Notes: a model not told the origin generated them from the letters alone. Positions 1 through 9,227 are shown, counted from the first letter of the whole stretch. The stretch: DNA of 63,995 nucleotides, filler included, from Deltaproteobacteria bacterium (GCA_030698575.1; 9 parts of 9 records of this genome joined end to end with filler, not necessarily neighbours in it); one strand, 5' to 3'. Numbers and translations are program-made.

Positions 1-66
1 CGTCCCCAGCAGGTCAATCCGAACCTCTTTCTTCTTCCCACCCCGTCTTTGAGCGGGCCTGGCCAT
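1..66 (-). CDS. N-terminus of an unknown protein (runs off the window edge)
   Basis: ATG at 66 with upstream GGAGG; reads MARPAQRRGGKKKEVRIDLLGT. Confidence 0.5.
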   Translation of the reverse strand, partial: MARPAQRRGGKKKEVRIDLLGT

Positions 67-95
67 GGCGCCTCCCCTCTGAGGGGGTCGGAACC

Positions 96-476
96 ATGTT
101 TCCTCCAGCAATCGATTCGTTGTCAAGGGGTTACGCCGGGGCCGTTAAGTTGACGGCGATGGGTTTCAGGGACGCCTGCGGGAGCTGCGACGCCGGGCTT
201 CACGCCTGCCTGAACTGCCGCTTCTACGATCCCGGCGCGGCGGGTGAGTGCCGCGAGGAGCAGGCGGAGCTGGTTGTCGACAAGGACCGCGGGAATCGAT
301 GCGAGTGGTTCCAGGCGGGAAGCGGGCGGAGCGAGCCGGGAGAGAGTGCTGACAGTGACAGGGCGCGCGACAAGCTGGACGCGCTCTTCCGGAAGCCCGG
401 CGAGACTCCCCGGCCGGGCGGCCCAAAAAAAGACCCCCGCGCGGCGGCGGAGGATCTCTTCAGGAAGAAGCCTTGA
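96..476 (+). CDS. small Cys-rich (Zn-ribbon-like) hypothetical protein; start uncertain
   Basis: CGSC...LHACLNCRFYD...CRE...NRCEWF; two C-terminal xxLFRK motifs; converges on efp. Confidence 0.6.
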   Translation: MFPPAIDSLSRGYAGAVKLTAMGFRDACGSCDAGLHACLNCRFYDPGAAGECREEQAELVVDKDRGNRCEWFQAGSGRSEPGESADSDRARDKLDALFRKPGETPRPGGPKKDPRAAAEDLFRKKP

Positions 477-488
477 ACGTTGCTGCCG

Positions 489-588
489 CATGTCATTGCG
501 AGGAGGGACGCAGTCCCGACGAAGCAATCCCCCGGGCAGCGCCGGAATCACGGGATTGCTTCGTCGCTTCGCTCCTCGCAATGACATG
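489..588. repeat. palindromic REP/MITE-like element, copy 1
   Basis: terminal IR CATGTCATTGCGAGGAG/CTCCTCGCAATGACATG, inner IR CGAAGCAATCCC/GGGATTGCTTCG; other copies at 28453 and 45377. Confidence 0.85.
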
Positions 589-611
589 AAAGGCGCGAAG
601 CGCCTATCATG

Positions 612-1172
612 TCAGGCGCGCGAGAGGTACTGGCCGGTGGCGGTGTCCACCGTCACCACATCTCCGACCACCACGAAGTTCGGGACGTTGACCACGAGGC
701 CGGTCTCCAGCGTCGCCGGCTTCGGCGAGTTCGTGGCGGTCGCGGTCTTCAATCCTGGATCGGTCTCGATCACCTTCAGATCGACCGTCGTCGGGAGATC
801 GATACCCACGGGGCGCCCTTCGAAGAATTCAACCTGGAGCTTGTGGTTCGGGAGAAGGTATTTCACGGCGTTGCCGAGAGTTTCGGCCTGGAAGGATATT
901 TGCTCGAAGTTCTCGGTATTCATGAAAACGTGCTCGTCCCCCGATGCGTAAAGAAATTCGAGCTCCTGCTGCTCGAGATTCGCCCGCTCGACACGGTCAT
1001 CCGACCTGAACCGGTTTTCCGACTGGGTCCCCGTCCGGAGATTGCGGAGCTTGGTTTGCATCTTCCCGCGCTTGTTCCCTTGGGTGATGTGCTGGGTCTC
1101 CATGATACGGTGGGGATCTTTGTTATAAATGATGGTCATTCCGACCCGCAGCTGCGTCGCGGGGATGTTCAC
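612..1172 (-). CDS. efp: elongation factor P
   Basis: 186 aa from GTG at 1172 with GGAGG RBS; KPATLETGLVVNVPNFV...VDTATGQYLSRA C-terminus. Confidence 0.95.
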   Translation of the reverse strand: MNIPATQLRVGMTIIYNKDPHRIMETQHITQGNKRGKMQTKLRNLRTGTQSENRFRSDDRVERANLEQQELEFLYASGDEHVFMNTENFEQISFQAETLGNAVKYLLPNHKLQVEFFEGRPVGIDLPTTVDLKVIETDPGLKTATATNSPKPATLETGLVVNVPNFVVVGDVVTVDTATGQYLSRA

Positions 1173-1360
1173 GGTGTTACCTCCAGATTCACATCGCCAG
1201 ATCGAATCTGGCGGTTTCCGAGACGGACCTCGACTCCGGGCGACAGCGGTCGATGTCAGATGACAAACGACAAATGGCAAGGGCCGCCTCCGTGGCGGCC
1301 CCAGGCGGCGGTTAATCTAGTCAAACAGCCTGCGATTGGCAACCGGATCTGGGGAAACAA

Positions 1361-2137
1361 ATGACTGAACCCACCCTCGTCGCGCCCCCCTCCGAGCAGA
1401 GCGCGCTGCCGAAGTTCGTCAAGCTGGGGCTCGTGGCGGCCGTGATCGCGGGGGTTCTCCTGGCCGTGCGGAACCCCGAGGTCCGGGCGGCGCTCTCACA
1501 GGATCAGATTGCCGCGTTCATCGCCGGGGCGGGCGCCTGGGGACCGGCGCTGTTCGTGCTGCTCTATGCCGTCTGGGTGACGCTCTTCCTGCCGGCCATC
1601 GTCGTTACGATCGCGGGAAGCCTCATCTTCGCCCCCTTGCCGGCCACGATCTTCATCGTTCTGGGGGCGACGCTGGGCGCGTGCACATCGTTCATGGTTT
1701 CCCGAACCGTCGGGCGGGATCTCGTTGCGGGCATGCTGCGCGGGCGCATCGCGTCCTGGGACGACGGAATCGCGAAGAACGGATTCTTCTTCGTCTTCTA
1801 CCTCAGGCTTCTCTACGCGCCTTTCACGTACTTCAATTTCGCGGCCGGGCTGACGAAGGTGACCTTTTTGCATTTCTTCTGGGGGACGTGTCTGGGGATC
1901 ATCCCGGGGACGTTCATTCTCGTCTTCTTCGTCGATCGTCTGAAGGAGCTGGTGGCGGTCGCCCGCGAAGCGCCGAGCCGCTTCGAAGGGATCGCCGGAG
2001 CGGGACAGTTGCTCGTCTCGAATCCCCGCTACCTGATTCCTTTTCTCATCTTCGTGCTCTCGTTCTTTGTGCCTGTGCTCGTCAAGCGCGCCCAGTCGGC
2101 CTTCGTGGCCCGGCGCGAATCGCGGAGGATGGCGTGA
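1361..2137 (+). CDS. TVP38/TMEM64 (DedA superfamily) membrane protein
   Basis: hydrophobic; GATLGA..SF.VSR..GRD, YLRL..PF...NFAAGLT, GT.LGIIPGT. Confidence 0.9.
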   Translation: MTEPTLVAPPSEQSALPKFVKLGLVAAVIAGVLLAVRNPEVRAALSQDQIAAFIAGAGAWGPALFVLLYAVWVTLFLPAIVVTIAGSLIFAPLPATIFIVLGATLGACTSFMVSRTVGRDLVAGMLRGRIASWDDGIAKNGFFFVFYLRLLYAPFTYFNFAAGLTKVTFLHFFWGTCLGIIPGTFILVFFVDRLKELVAVAREAPSRFEGIAGAGQLLVSNPRYLIPFLIFVLSFFVPVLVKRAQSAFVARRESRRMA

Positions 2138-3777
2138 GAGCTTCCGAACTGTTCATCCGGTGCCTCGAGAACGAGGGGGTGGAGACGATCTTCGGCCTGC
2201 CGGGCGAGGAGAACATCGACGTGATGGACGCCCTCGTCGATTCGAAGATCCGTTTCGTCACCACCCGCCACGAGCAGGGAGCGGCCTTCATGGCCGACGT
2301 GTACGGCCGGCTGACGCAGCGTGCCGGGGTCTGCCTCTCCACCCTCGGCCCCGGCGCGACAAATCTGATCACAGGCGTCGCCGACGCGAACATGGATCAC
2401 GCGCCGCTCGTGGCCATCACGGGACAGGCGAGCCTCGACCGGATGCACAAGGAGAGCCACCAGTACCTCGACACGGTCGCTTCTTTCCGGCCGCTCACGA
2501 AGTGGAGCGCGCAGATCAGACGCGCCTCGATCATCCCCGAGGTCGTGCGAAAGGCCTTCAAGATCGCCCAGACCGAAAAGTTGGGGGCGACGCACATCGA
2601 TTTTCCGGAGGACGAGGCCGCCGTCGAGATTTCGGGTGAACCGCTCAAGGCGCAGTTCGCCGCGCACCCGGAGCCCCCCGAAGAGAAGGTTCGCGAGGCC
2701 GCGGAACTCATCTCGGGCGCCCGGCACCCCATCGTGCTGGCCGGCAACGGGGTCATCCGGGGTGGCGCGTCGGAGGCGCTGCGCCGGTTTGCCTCCAGGC
2801 TCAACATTCCTGTTGCGAACACCTTCATGGCCAAGGGTGTTCTCTCGCTGGACGATCCCCTGTCGCTGTTCTCCGTGGGGCTCCAGACCCGCGACTACGT
2901 CTCTTGCGGCTTCGAGCGCGCCGACGTCGTGATCTGCGTCGGTTACGACCTCGTGGAGTATGCGCCGGTCTTCTGGAACCCCGAGGGCGACAAGCGCATC
3001 GTCCACGTCGACATGAGCCCCGCCGATGTCGACGCCCATTACGTCGTCGCGACAGGCGTGACGGGGGACATCGGCGAAAGCCTGGACCGGATCGCCGCCC
3101 TGGCGCGACCGAGCGAGGCGAACTCGATAGTGAAGCTGCGTGATCAGCTCGTGCACGAGATCCATGAACGCTACAGGGAGGACGGGGGTTTCCCGATCAA
3201 GCCCCAGCGCGCCCTCGCCGACATCCGCTCCGTGCTCGGCCCCGAGGATCTCCTGATCTCCGACGTCGGCGCCCACAAGGTCTGGATCGCGCGCTGCTAC
3301 CCTTGCTACGTGCCGAACACCTGCATCATCTCGAACGGTTTCGCCTCGATGGGCATCGCCCTTCCGGGCGGGGTGGCCGCGGCCCTCCTCTACAAGGGCC
3401 GTCCGGGGCGGCGCGTTGTGGCGCTCTCGGGAGACGCGGGTTTTCTCATGAACGTCCAGGAGCTGCAGACGGCCATCGAGCAGGAGGTCGCGTTCGTCAA
3501 CATCATCTTCCGCGACGACGGCTACGGGCTCATCCGGTGGAAGCAGCTCCGCCGCTTCGGGCGGGAGTCCCACGTGAGCTTCAGGAACCCCGACTTCCTG
3601 CGGCTCGCGGAGGCGTTCGGCTGCCGCGGCTACCGCGTGCAGGGCCCGAACGAGCTTGCCCCCGCGCTGAGGGAGGCCTTGTCGCAGAAGGTGCCCTCCG
3701 TGATCGAATGTCCGGTCGACTATGCGGAGAACCTGAAACTGACCGAGGAGCTGGGCGCGCTGGTCTGTCCCGTCTGA
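2134..3777 (+). CDS. acetolactate synthase large subunit-like ThDP enzyme
   Basis: GTG overlapping the upstream stop; IFGLPGEEN, RHEQGAAFMA, TLGPGATN, GDAGF..N ThDP motif. Confidence 0.92.
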   Translation: MRASELFIRCLENEGVETIFGLPGEENIDVMDALVDSKIRFVTTRHEQGAAFMADVYGRLTQRAGVCLSTLGPGATNLITGVADANMDHAPLVAITGQASLDRMHKESHQYLDTVASFRPLTKWSAQIRRASIIPEVVRKAFKIAQTEKLGATHIDFPEDEAAVEISGEPLKAQFAAHPEPPEEKVREAAELISGARHPIVLAGNGVIRGGASEALRRFASRLNIPVANTFMAKGVLSLDDPLSLFSVGLQTRDYVSCGFERADVVICVGYDLVEYAPVFWNPEGDKRIVHVDMSPADVDAHYVVATGVTGDIGESLDRIAALARPSEANSIVKLRDQLVHEIHERYREDGGFPIKPQRALADIRSVLGPEDLLISDVGAHKVWIARCYPCYVPNTCIISNGFASMGIALPGGVAAALLYKGRPGRRVVALSGDAGFLMNVQELQTAIEQEVAFVNIIFRDDGYGLIRWKQLRRFGRESHVSFRNPDFLRLAEAFGCRGYRVQGPNELAPALREALSQKVPSVIECPVDYAENLKLTEELGALVCPV

Positions 3778-3800
3778 CCCCATCGCCGGGGACGAACCGC

Positions 3801-4457
3801 ATGAATCTATCCATCATCATACCGGTCCTGGACGAGGCCGCGATCATCGCCGGCACGGTCATGCGCGCGCGCGCGACCGGTGCGGCCGAGATCATTGTCG
3901 TGGACGGCGGTTCGAAGGACGCGACGGCGGGGAACGCCGCGAAGGCGGGCGCGCGGGTGATCGCGTCGGCGCCAGGCCGCGCGCGGCAGCAGAACGCGGG
4001 GGCGGCCGCCGCGGCGGGAGACGCGCTGCTCTTCCTTCACGCCGACACCGCGCTGCCCGGCAACGCGCTCGAGCGCGTGCAACGCGTGCTCGGCGATCCG
4101 GCGGTGGCGCTCGGAGCATTCCGCCTGGGCTATGACCGGGACGACTGGGGGACGCGATTTCTTGTCTTCGGCGCCGATCTACGCATGCGGCTCTTCAGGC
4201 TTCCCTACGGCGACCAGGCGCTCTTTCTCCGGCGGGAGACCTTCCGATCGCTCGGCGGTTTCCGCGATCTTCCGGCCATGGAGGATCTTTGCCTCGTGAC
4301 GCGGGCCAAGCGGTCAGGAAGGGTGGTTGTGGCGCCGGAACGGGTGCGGACGAGCCCGCGCGCCTATGATCGCGTCGGGCTCTTCCGGATAATGCTCCGA
4401 AACTGGCGTGACGCAGGGCTTTTCTCCCTGGGCCTCCGGCCGCCCCCGCCGGCGTGA
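3801..4457 (+). CDS. GT2 glycosyltransferase, TIGR04283-like
   Basis: SIIIPVLDEA, VVDGGS.D, GRARQQNAGA, LLFLHADT, PYGDQALF, MED, TSPR. Confidence 0.85.
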   Translation: MNLSIIIPVLDEAAIIAGTVMRARATGAAEIIVVDGGSKDATAGNAAKAGARVIASAPGRARQQNAGAAAAAGDALLFLHADTALPGNALERVQRVLGDPAVALGAFRLGYDRDDWGTRFLVFGADLRMRLFRLPYGDQALFLRRETFRSLGGFRDLPAMEDLCLVTRAKRSGRVVVAPERVRTSPRAYDRVGLFRIMLRNWRDAGLFSLGLRPPPPA

Positions 4458-4486
4458 GGCCCGCGGGGGGCGTTTCGCGTGCCACT

Positions 4487-4523
4487 AAAACGACGGCCCC
4501 GGGTGCTCCGGGGCCGCCTCTTT
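4487..4523. terminator. intrinsic terminator between the convergent GT2 and tRNA-Pro genes
   Basis: stem CGGCCCCGG/CCGGGGCCG (4494-4516) flanked by AAAA and TCTTT. Confidence 0.65.
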
Positions 4524-4543
4524 GTTCCGCTGCTGTGCTGAAG

Positions 4544-4620
4544 TGGTCGGGACGACTGGATTTGAACCAGCGACCCCCTGCTCCCGAAGCAGGTGCGCTA
4601 CCAGGCTGCGCTACGTCCCG
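4544..4620 (-). tRNA. tRNA-Pro (anticodon CGG)
   Basis: 77-nt cloverleaf CGGGACGTAGCGCAGCCTGGTAGCGCA...TTCGGGA...GGTTCAAATCC...CCA. Confidence 0.97.
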
Positions 4621-4674
4621 AGAAGGCATTTCCGGCGGAGAAATCCGCAACTGAAACCGACGTGAGAGGCCTGC

Positions 4675-4703
4675 TAGGTAACATGGGCTCCGGGGGGTGT
4701 CAA
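4675..4703 (-). promoter_or_regulatory. probable sigma70 promoter of tRNA-Pro
   Basis: perfect TTGACA, 17-bp spacer, TGt-TACCTA weak extended -10. Confidence 0.5.
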
Positions 4704-4727
4704 GCAACCCTTCAACCTGACCGGAAC

Positions 4728-4811
4728 TGTCGATAACCGCCTGAACCCGCGGTTCGCGTCGCCTTTCTGCCCCCGATTATGTGGATAACGTTGTTGATAA
4801 ATTGTTGACAG
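4728..4811 (-). promoter_or_regulatory. cluster of co-oriented DnaA boxes
   Basis: TTATCCACA (4780-4788, perfect), TTATCAACA (4792-4800), TTATCGACA (4728-4736), degenerate CTGTCAACA (4803-4811). Confidence 0.65.
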
Positions 4812-4929
4812 AAGTGATAGGCTCCCGCTACGCGAAAACGTGAGTCCGGCGCCCCGAACCACGGCGCCGGCAGGGCAATCCCTAGCTTCCCTGGCCTTCC
4901 TGGCAGGAGTTTGCGAGGTAGCGCGCTCG

Positions 4930-6873
4930 ATGTCACCCCCCCCGACTCGAACGCCCGCCAAGCACACGGCCCTCCGGCGGCTGGGCGCCGCTCTCGGCCG
5001 GCAGCGTGGCGAGATTACCGAAGCCTGGACGGAGCGGATCCGGAAGTCGATCCTCGGCCGGCGGCTGGCTGGCGATCCGGCGCAGGGTGTGTCTGGTGAT
5101 CTCGCGACGCGCAGCTTCGACGCCTTTCAACGCGCCCTCTCGGGCTCACCCCGCGCCTTGCGCGCGGCACCCCTCGCTCCCTTCAAGGAACTTCTCGCCG
5201 CCTCAACCGCGGACGCCGCAGGCTGGTGCAGCGCGCTCTTCGACATCTGCCGCGATGCCCTCGACGCAGACCATGAGATCCCTCCCCGGGATCTCATCGC
5301 GTTCCGGAACCGGCTCCTGAACCTCCAGGAACGCGTCCAGACCGCCCTCGTCCTGCACGCATCCGCCGCCATGAGCCGGGAGGTCCAGGCGGGCTGCGAC
5401 CGCGACATGCAGTCGCTGCGCATGGAAGCGCGCGCCGCTCGCGAGAGCTACCGGAACCTCGTCGAACGGCTCGATGAAGCAATCTTCACCCTGGACGTGC
5501 GGGGCCGGTTCCGATCGGCGAGCGGTCGGGGGCTCAGGACGCTGGGGCTTACCGAGAAGGAGCTGCTCGGGAAACCCATCACGGCCGTCATCCCCCGGTC
5601 TTACCGGGAGCAGGTCCGCGATCTGCGGTCTTTGCTTCTGCGAGAGAAGCGCCTGCGCGGCGTGACGATCAAGGTGGAGAACGCGCGGGGACGGGAGATC
5701 ATCCTGGAGGTCAACGCGTCGCTCCTCGAGGAACGGGGCCGGCCGGTCGGCGCGCTCGGAATAGCCCGGGACGTGACCTCGCGCGTGCGACTGCAGGAGC
5801 AGGTGCGTGAGTCGCGGGACTATCTCGAGCTGCTCGTCGAAAGCTCTGTCGACGGCATCATCGCGTGGAGCTCCGAGGGCGGCATCACGTTCTTCAGCCG
5901 GGGCGCTGAAGAGATCTTCGGCTATGCATCGGGCGAAGTCCTTCACAAGCCGCTGAGCGCCTTCTTCAGCCTCCCGGAGGGCGGTCACGAAGATCTCTTC
6001 CGGCAGATCAAGGCTGCCGGGGGCCGGCTGCGCGACAGGGAATGCGTCTGCCGCGGGCGGGACGGTTCGGAGATAAAGGTGAGCTACTCGGCCGGGTTCC
6101 TGCACGACGACGCCGAGGAGATCATCGGCGCCATCGCCGTGTGCAAGGACATCACGGACACCCGCCGGCAGGAGGAGGACATCCGCGCGAAGAACGAGGA
6201 ACTGGAGGCCTACGCCCGGACGGTGACCCACGATCTGCGCGGGCCGCTCGTTTCGATCCACGGCTACGCCTCCCTCATGGAGGAGGTCCTCGGCACGCGC
6301 GTTCCGGAGAGTGTGGCTTATTACCTGAAGCGAATTCACGAGAACGCCGGCACGATGGGTCGGCTGATCTCGGACGTGCTCGAGTACTCCACCGCCGGCC
6401 GGCAGAAGGGCACGCCCTACTGGGTGCGTCTCACCCAGGTCCTCGGCAGCCTCGCCCAGGAGATGAAGCCCCAGTTCGACCAGTCCGGCGTGCGCATGGA
6501 AATCCAGCGGCCCATGCCCCAGGTGCTGGGCGACGAGACGCGGCTACGGCAGGTCTTCTCCAATCTGGTCACGAACGCCCTGAAGCATCTCGGCGGGTCG
6601 CGGGATCCCCTCATCGAGATCAGTGCGGAGGCCTCCGAGCGCGGCCACACGATCTGCGTGGCGGACAACGGCCCGGGCATTCCCCGCAAGGAACAGGCGC
6701 ACATCTTCGATCTCTTTTACAGCCGCGCTGCCCGGAGCGGGGAGAATGGGTCGGGCATCGGGCTGGCCATCGTGAAAAAGACCGTGGAATCTTGCGGCGG
6801 TCGCGTCTGGGTCGAGAGCGAATCAGGACGCGGCTGCCGCTTCTTCGTTTACTTTCCGGAAACCCAGAACTAG
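4930..6873 (+). CDS. cytoplasmic PAS/PAC sensor histidine kinase
   Basis: two PAS-PAC domains; H-box THDLRGPL, N-box QVFSNLVTNA, DNGPGI, GSGIGL. Confidence 0.92.
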   Translation: MSPPPTRTPAKHTALRRLGAALGRQRGEITEAWTERIRKSILGRRLAGDPAQGVSGDLATRSFDAFQRALSGSPRALRAAPLAPFKELLAASTADAAGWCSALFDICRDALDADHEIPPRDLIAFRNRLLNLQERVQTALVLHASAAMSREVQAGCDRDMQSLRMEARAARESYRNLVERLDEAIFTLDVRGRFRSASGRGLRTLGLTEKELLGKPITAVIPRSYREQVRDLRSLLLREKRLRGVTIKVENARGREIILEVNASLLEERGRPVGALGIARDVTSRVRLQEQVRESRDYLELLVESSVDGIIAWSSEGGITFFSRGAEEIFGYASGEVLHKPLSAFFSLPEGGHEDLFRQIKAAGGRLRDRECVCRGRDGSEIKVSYSAGFLHDDAEEIIGAIAVCKDITDTRRQEEDIRAKNEELEAYARTVTHDLRGPLVSIHGYASLMEEVLGTRVPESVAYYLKRIHENAGTMGRLISDVLEYSTAGRQKGTPYWVRLTQVLGSLAQEMKPQFDQSGVRMEIQRPMPQVLGDETRLRQVFSNLVTNALKHLGGSRDPLIEISAEASERGHTICVADNGPGIPRKEQAHIFDLFYSRAARSGENGSGIGLAIVKKTVESCGGRVWVESESGRGCRFFVYFPETQN

Positions 6874-6889
6874 CACCTCGCCGGCGGAC

Positions 6890-7702
6890 ATGCCTTCCAC
6901 TTCCGGCCTCATCACCTTCACCAGCGATTTCGGCAGCGGCTGGTACGCCGGCGCCATGAGGGGCGCCGCGCTCGCGGTCAACCCGCGCGCGACGCTTGTC
7001 GACATCACGCACGCTGTATCTCCACAGAACATCCTGGAAGGAGCCTTCGCGCTCGCCGCGGGGTGCGAGGCTTTTCCCGACGGCGCCGTCCACGTGGCGG
7101 TGATCGACCCGGGTGTGGGCACCGCGCGGTCCGCCCTGGTCATCGAGACGGCGCGGGCCTTCTTCGTCGGACCCGACAACGGCGTCCTCACCCTGGCCGC
7201 GCCCCCGGCCGCCCGCCGCGCCGCGCGCCTGCTCGAGAACCCGCGCTATTTCAGGAATTCGCCGAGCGCGACCTTTCACGGGCGCGATCTGTTCGCGCCC
7301 GTCGCCGCGCACCTCTCGCTGGGCGCCGATCCTGTCGATTTCGGTTCGCCGGCCGGCGCGATCGAGGAACTGGCGCTGCCGCCTGCGCTTCGCGACGGCG
7401 ACGGATGGGTGGGCGAGGTTCTTCTCGCCGACTGCTTTGGCAATCTGATTACCAACCTCCCTGGCGGCCTCCTCGCCGGACCGGCCGGAAGCTGGGAGGC
7501 GTGGCTGGGGGAGCGGCCCCTCGGCCCCCTTCGTCGCACCTACGGTGACACGCAGCCCGGCGAGGCGCTGGCGCTGGTCGGCAGCCACGGCTACGTGGAA
7601 ATCGCCGTCTCCGGCGACAGCGCCGCCCGATGCCTCGGAGAGGGCAGTGTCCGTCCACAGGTCCGGGGGCTCGCAATGCGGCTCCGCATGAGGAACGCTT
7701 GA
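6890..7702 (+). CDS. DUF62 SAM hydroxide adenosyltransferase (chlorinase/fluorinase superfamily)
   Basis: TSDFG, DITH, VIDPGVGTAR, FVGPDNG, TFHGRDLFAP, DCFGNLITN. Confidence 0.9.
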   Translation: MPSTSGLITFTSDFGSGWYAGAMRGAALAVNPRATLVDITHAVSPQNILEGAFALAAGCEAFPDGAVHVAVIDPGVGTARSALVIETARAFFVGPDNGVLTLAAPPAARRAARLLENPRYFRNSPSATFHGRDLFAPVAAHLSLGADPVDFGSPAGAIEELALPPALRDGDGWVGEVLLADCFGNLITNLPGGLLAGPAGSWEAWLGERPLGPLRRTYGDTQPGEALALVGSHGYVEIAVSGDSAARCLGEGSVRPQVRGLAMRLRMRNA

Positions 7703-9081
7703 AAAATCTCACGAATATCCTGCGCCTCATGCTCCTCGCGTTCCTCCTCCTCCCGGGAAGGGTGGCGGGCGGTGAAATCGACTATCAGGCCGCGGAGCAG
7801 GCCTACTTCTTCGCTCGCGAGCACATGGAGGCGGGGGAGGTTGCAGAGGCCATGACGGCCTACCGCGAGGCGCTTCGCCTCCGGCCCGGGTGGGATCTGG
7901 CGCACTACCACCTTGGGTATGCTCTCGCGCAGGAGGGGAAACTCGATGCGGCCATCGCCGAGTACCGCATGGCCGTGGCGGCCGATCCGGACTACGCGGT
8001 GGCCTGGAACTCCCTCGGCGTCGCCCTTTCCAGACAGGGCAAGGCGGCGGACGCGCGGAAAGCCTTCCGGAAGGCGGCGGAGGCGGCGCCCGCCTACGCA
8101 GAAACGTGGTTCAACCTGGGGGTGCTGGCCCTGGGGCTCGGCGACGAAGGGGAGGCGCGGCTGGCCTTTGAGCGCGTGGTCGCCCTCCGCCCGGGTGACG
8201 CGCCCGCCTGGTTCAACCTTGGCTACGCGCGCAGCCTCTCGGGGCTCGACGAGCAAGCGCTCGAGGCCCTCGATGCGGCTCTGCGGATCGAAACCGAGTA
8301 CGCACAGGCCCACGCGCTGCGCGGGCGCGTGCTGGCGCGCGGCCACCGGAACGACGACGCGGAGAAGGCACTCCGCCGCGCGCTCGCCATCGATCCGGAC
8401 TACGCGGACGCCTGGGTGGCGCTCGGGCGGTTGCTGGAGCAGGCGGGCAAGACGGACAAGGCTCGCGACGCCTACGCGCGCGGCGCCGGGACGCCCGGCG
8501 GGGATGCTGCCCGGGCCGCCTTCCAGCAGGGGCTCCTGGAGTACCGGGAGGGCAAGCTCGAATCGGCCGAGGCCGCCTTCGCCACCGCGGCGCGGGCCGA
8601 CCCGGCGGAGAAGCGCGTGCACAACAACCTGGGGATGACGCGCCTCGACCAGGGCGATCTGGAGGGGGCGCGGGAGGCCTTTGCGGCTGCCGTCGCGGCC
8701 GATCCGGGTTACGCGCTTGCCCAGGCGAACCTCGGAAGCGTGTGCTTGCGCATTCGCGATCTCGCCTGCGCCGGCGCGGCGCTAGGCGAAGCGCTGCGCA
8801 TCGATCCGTCAAACGTCCCGGCCCGCGTCGATCTTGCTTCGGTCCACTGGCTCAAGGGAGAAAATGAGCAGGCGCTTGCGGAGCTGCGCGCAGCCGTGGC
8901 CCGGGATCCGGCGGACGCCCGCGCCCGGCTTTTGCTGTCGCGGCTGCTCATGGAGACCAATCACCCGCGAGAGGCGCTCGCCTCCTACCGCATCTTCCTC
9001 GATCGATTTCCCGAGGCCCCCGGCGCGCGCACGGCGAAGCGCCGCGTGGAGGAGCTCGAAAAGGTCCTCGCGCGGCAGTGA
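7699..9081 (+). CDS. exported tetratricopeptide-repeat protein
   Basis: signal-peptide-like N-terminus; many TPRs (AHYHLG, AWNSLG, WFNLG, HNNLG). Confidence 0.9.
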   Translation: MKNLTNILRLMLLAFLLLPGRVAGGEIDYQAAEQAYFFAREHMEAGEVAEAMTAYREALRLRPGWDLAHYHLGYALAQEGKLDAAIAEYRMAVAADPDYAVAWNSLGVALSRQGKAADARKAFRKAAEAAPAYAETWFNLGVLALGLGDEGEARLAFERVVALRPGDAPAWFNLGYARSLSGLDEQALEALDAALRIETEYAQAHALRGRVLARGHRNDDAEKALRRALAIDPDYADAWVALGRLLEQAGKTDKARDAYARGAGTPGGDAARAAFQQGLLEYREGKLESAEAAFATAARADPAEKRVHNNLGMTRLDQGDLEGAREAFAAAVAADPGYALAQANLGSVCLRIRDLACAGAALGEALRIDPSNVPARVDLASVHWLKGENEQALAELRAAVARDPADARARLLLSRLLMETNHPREALASYRIFLDRFPEAPGARTAKRRVEELEKVLARQ

Positions 9082-9127
9082 TCTTTCGCCGGCCCCGCGG
9101 CCTGGCCAACGCAAAGACCCGGGCGGC

Positions 9128-9227
9128 NNNNNNNNNNNNNNNNNNNNNNNNNNNNNNNNNNNNNNNNNNNNTTAATTAATTAANNNNNNNNNNNNNNNNN
9201 NNNNNNNNNNNNNNNNNNNNNNNNNNN
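9128..9227. other. artificial contig spacer; same spacer at 23177-23276, 27910-28009, 36084-36183, 48123-48222, 52626-52725, 57340-57439, 61330-61429
   Basis: N-runs around TTAATTAATTAA (stop in all six frames). Confidence 0.99.

Noticed and set aside
1681-2133. N-terminal extensions in the ORF track (698-aa ALS; also 996-aa PlsB, 456-aa ABC ATPase, 682-aa deacetylase)
   Set aside because: These are open frames overlapping upstream genes in GC-rich DNA; the real starts are coupled to the upstream stops
6890-7702. Possible fluorinase/chlorinase
   Set aside because: It keeps the Asp/Arg/His residues (DPGVGTAR, TFHGRD) of the common DUF62 SAM hydrolases and has no halometabolite gene context
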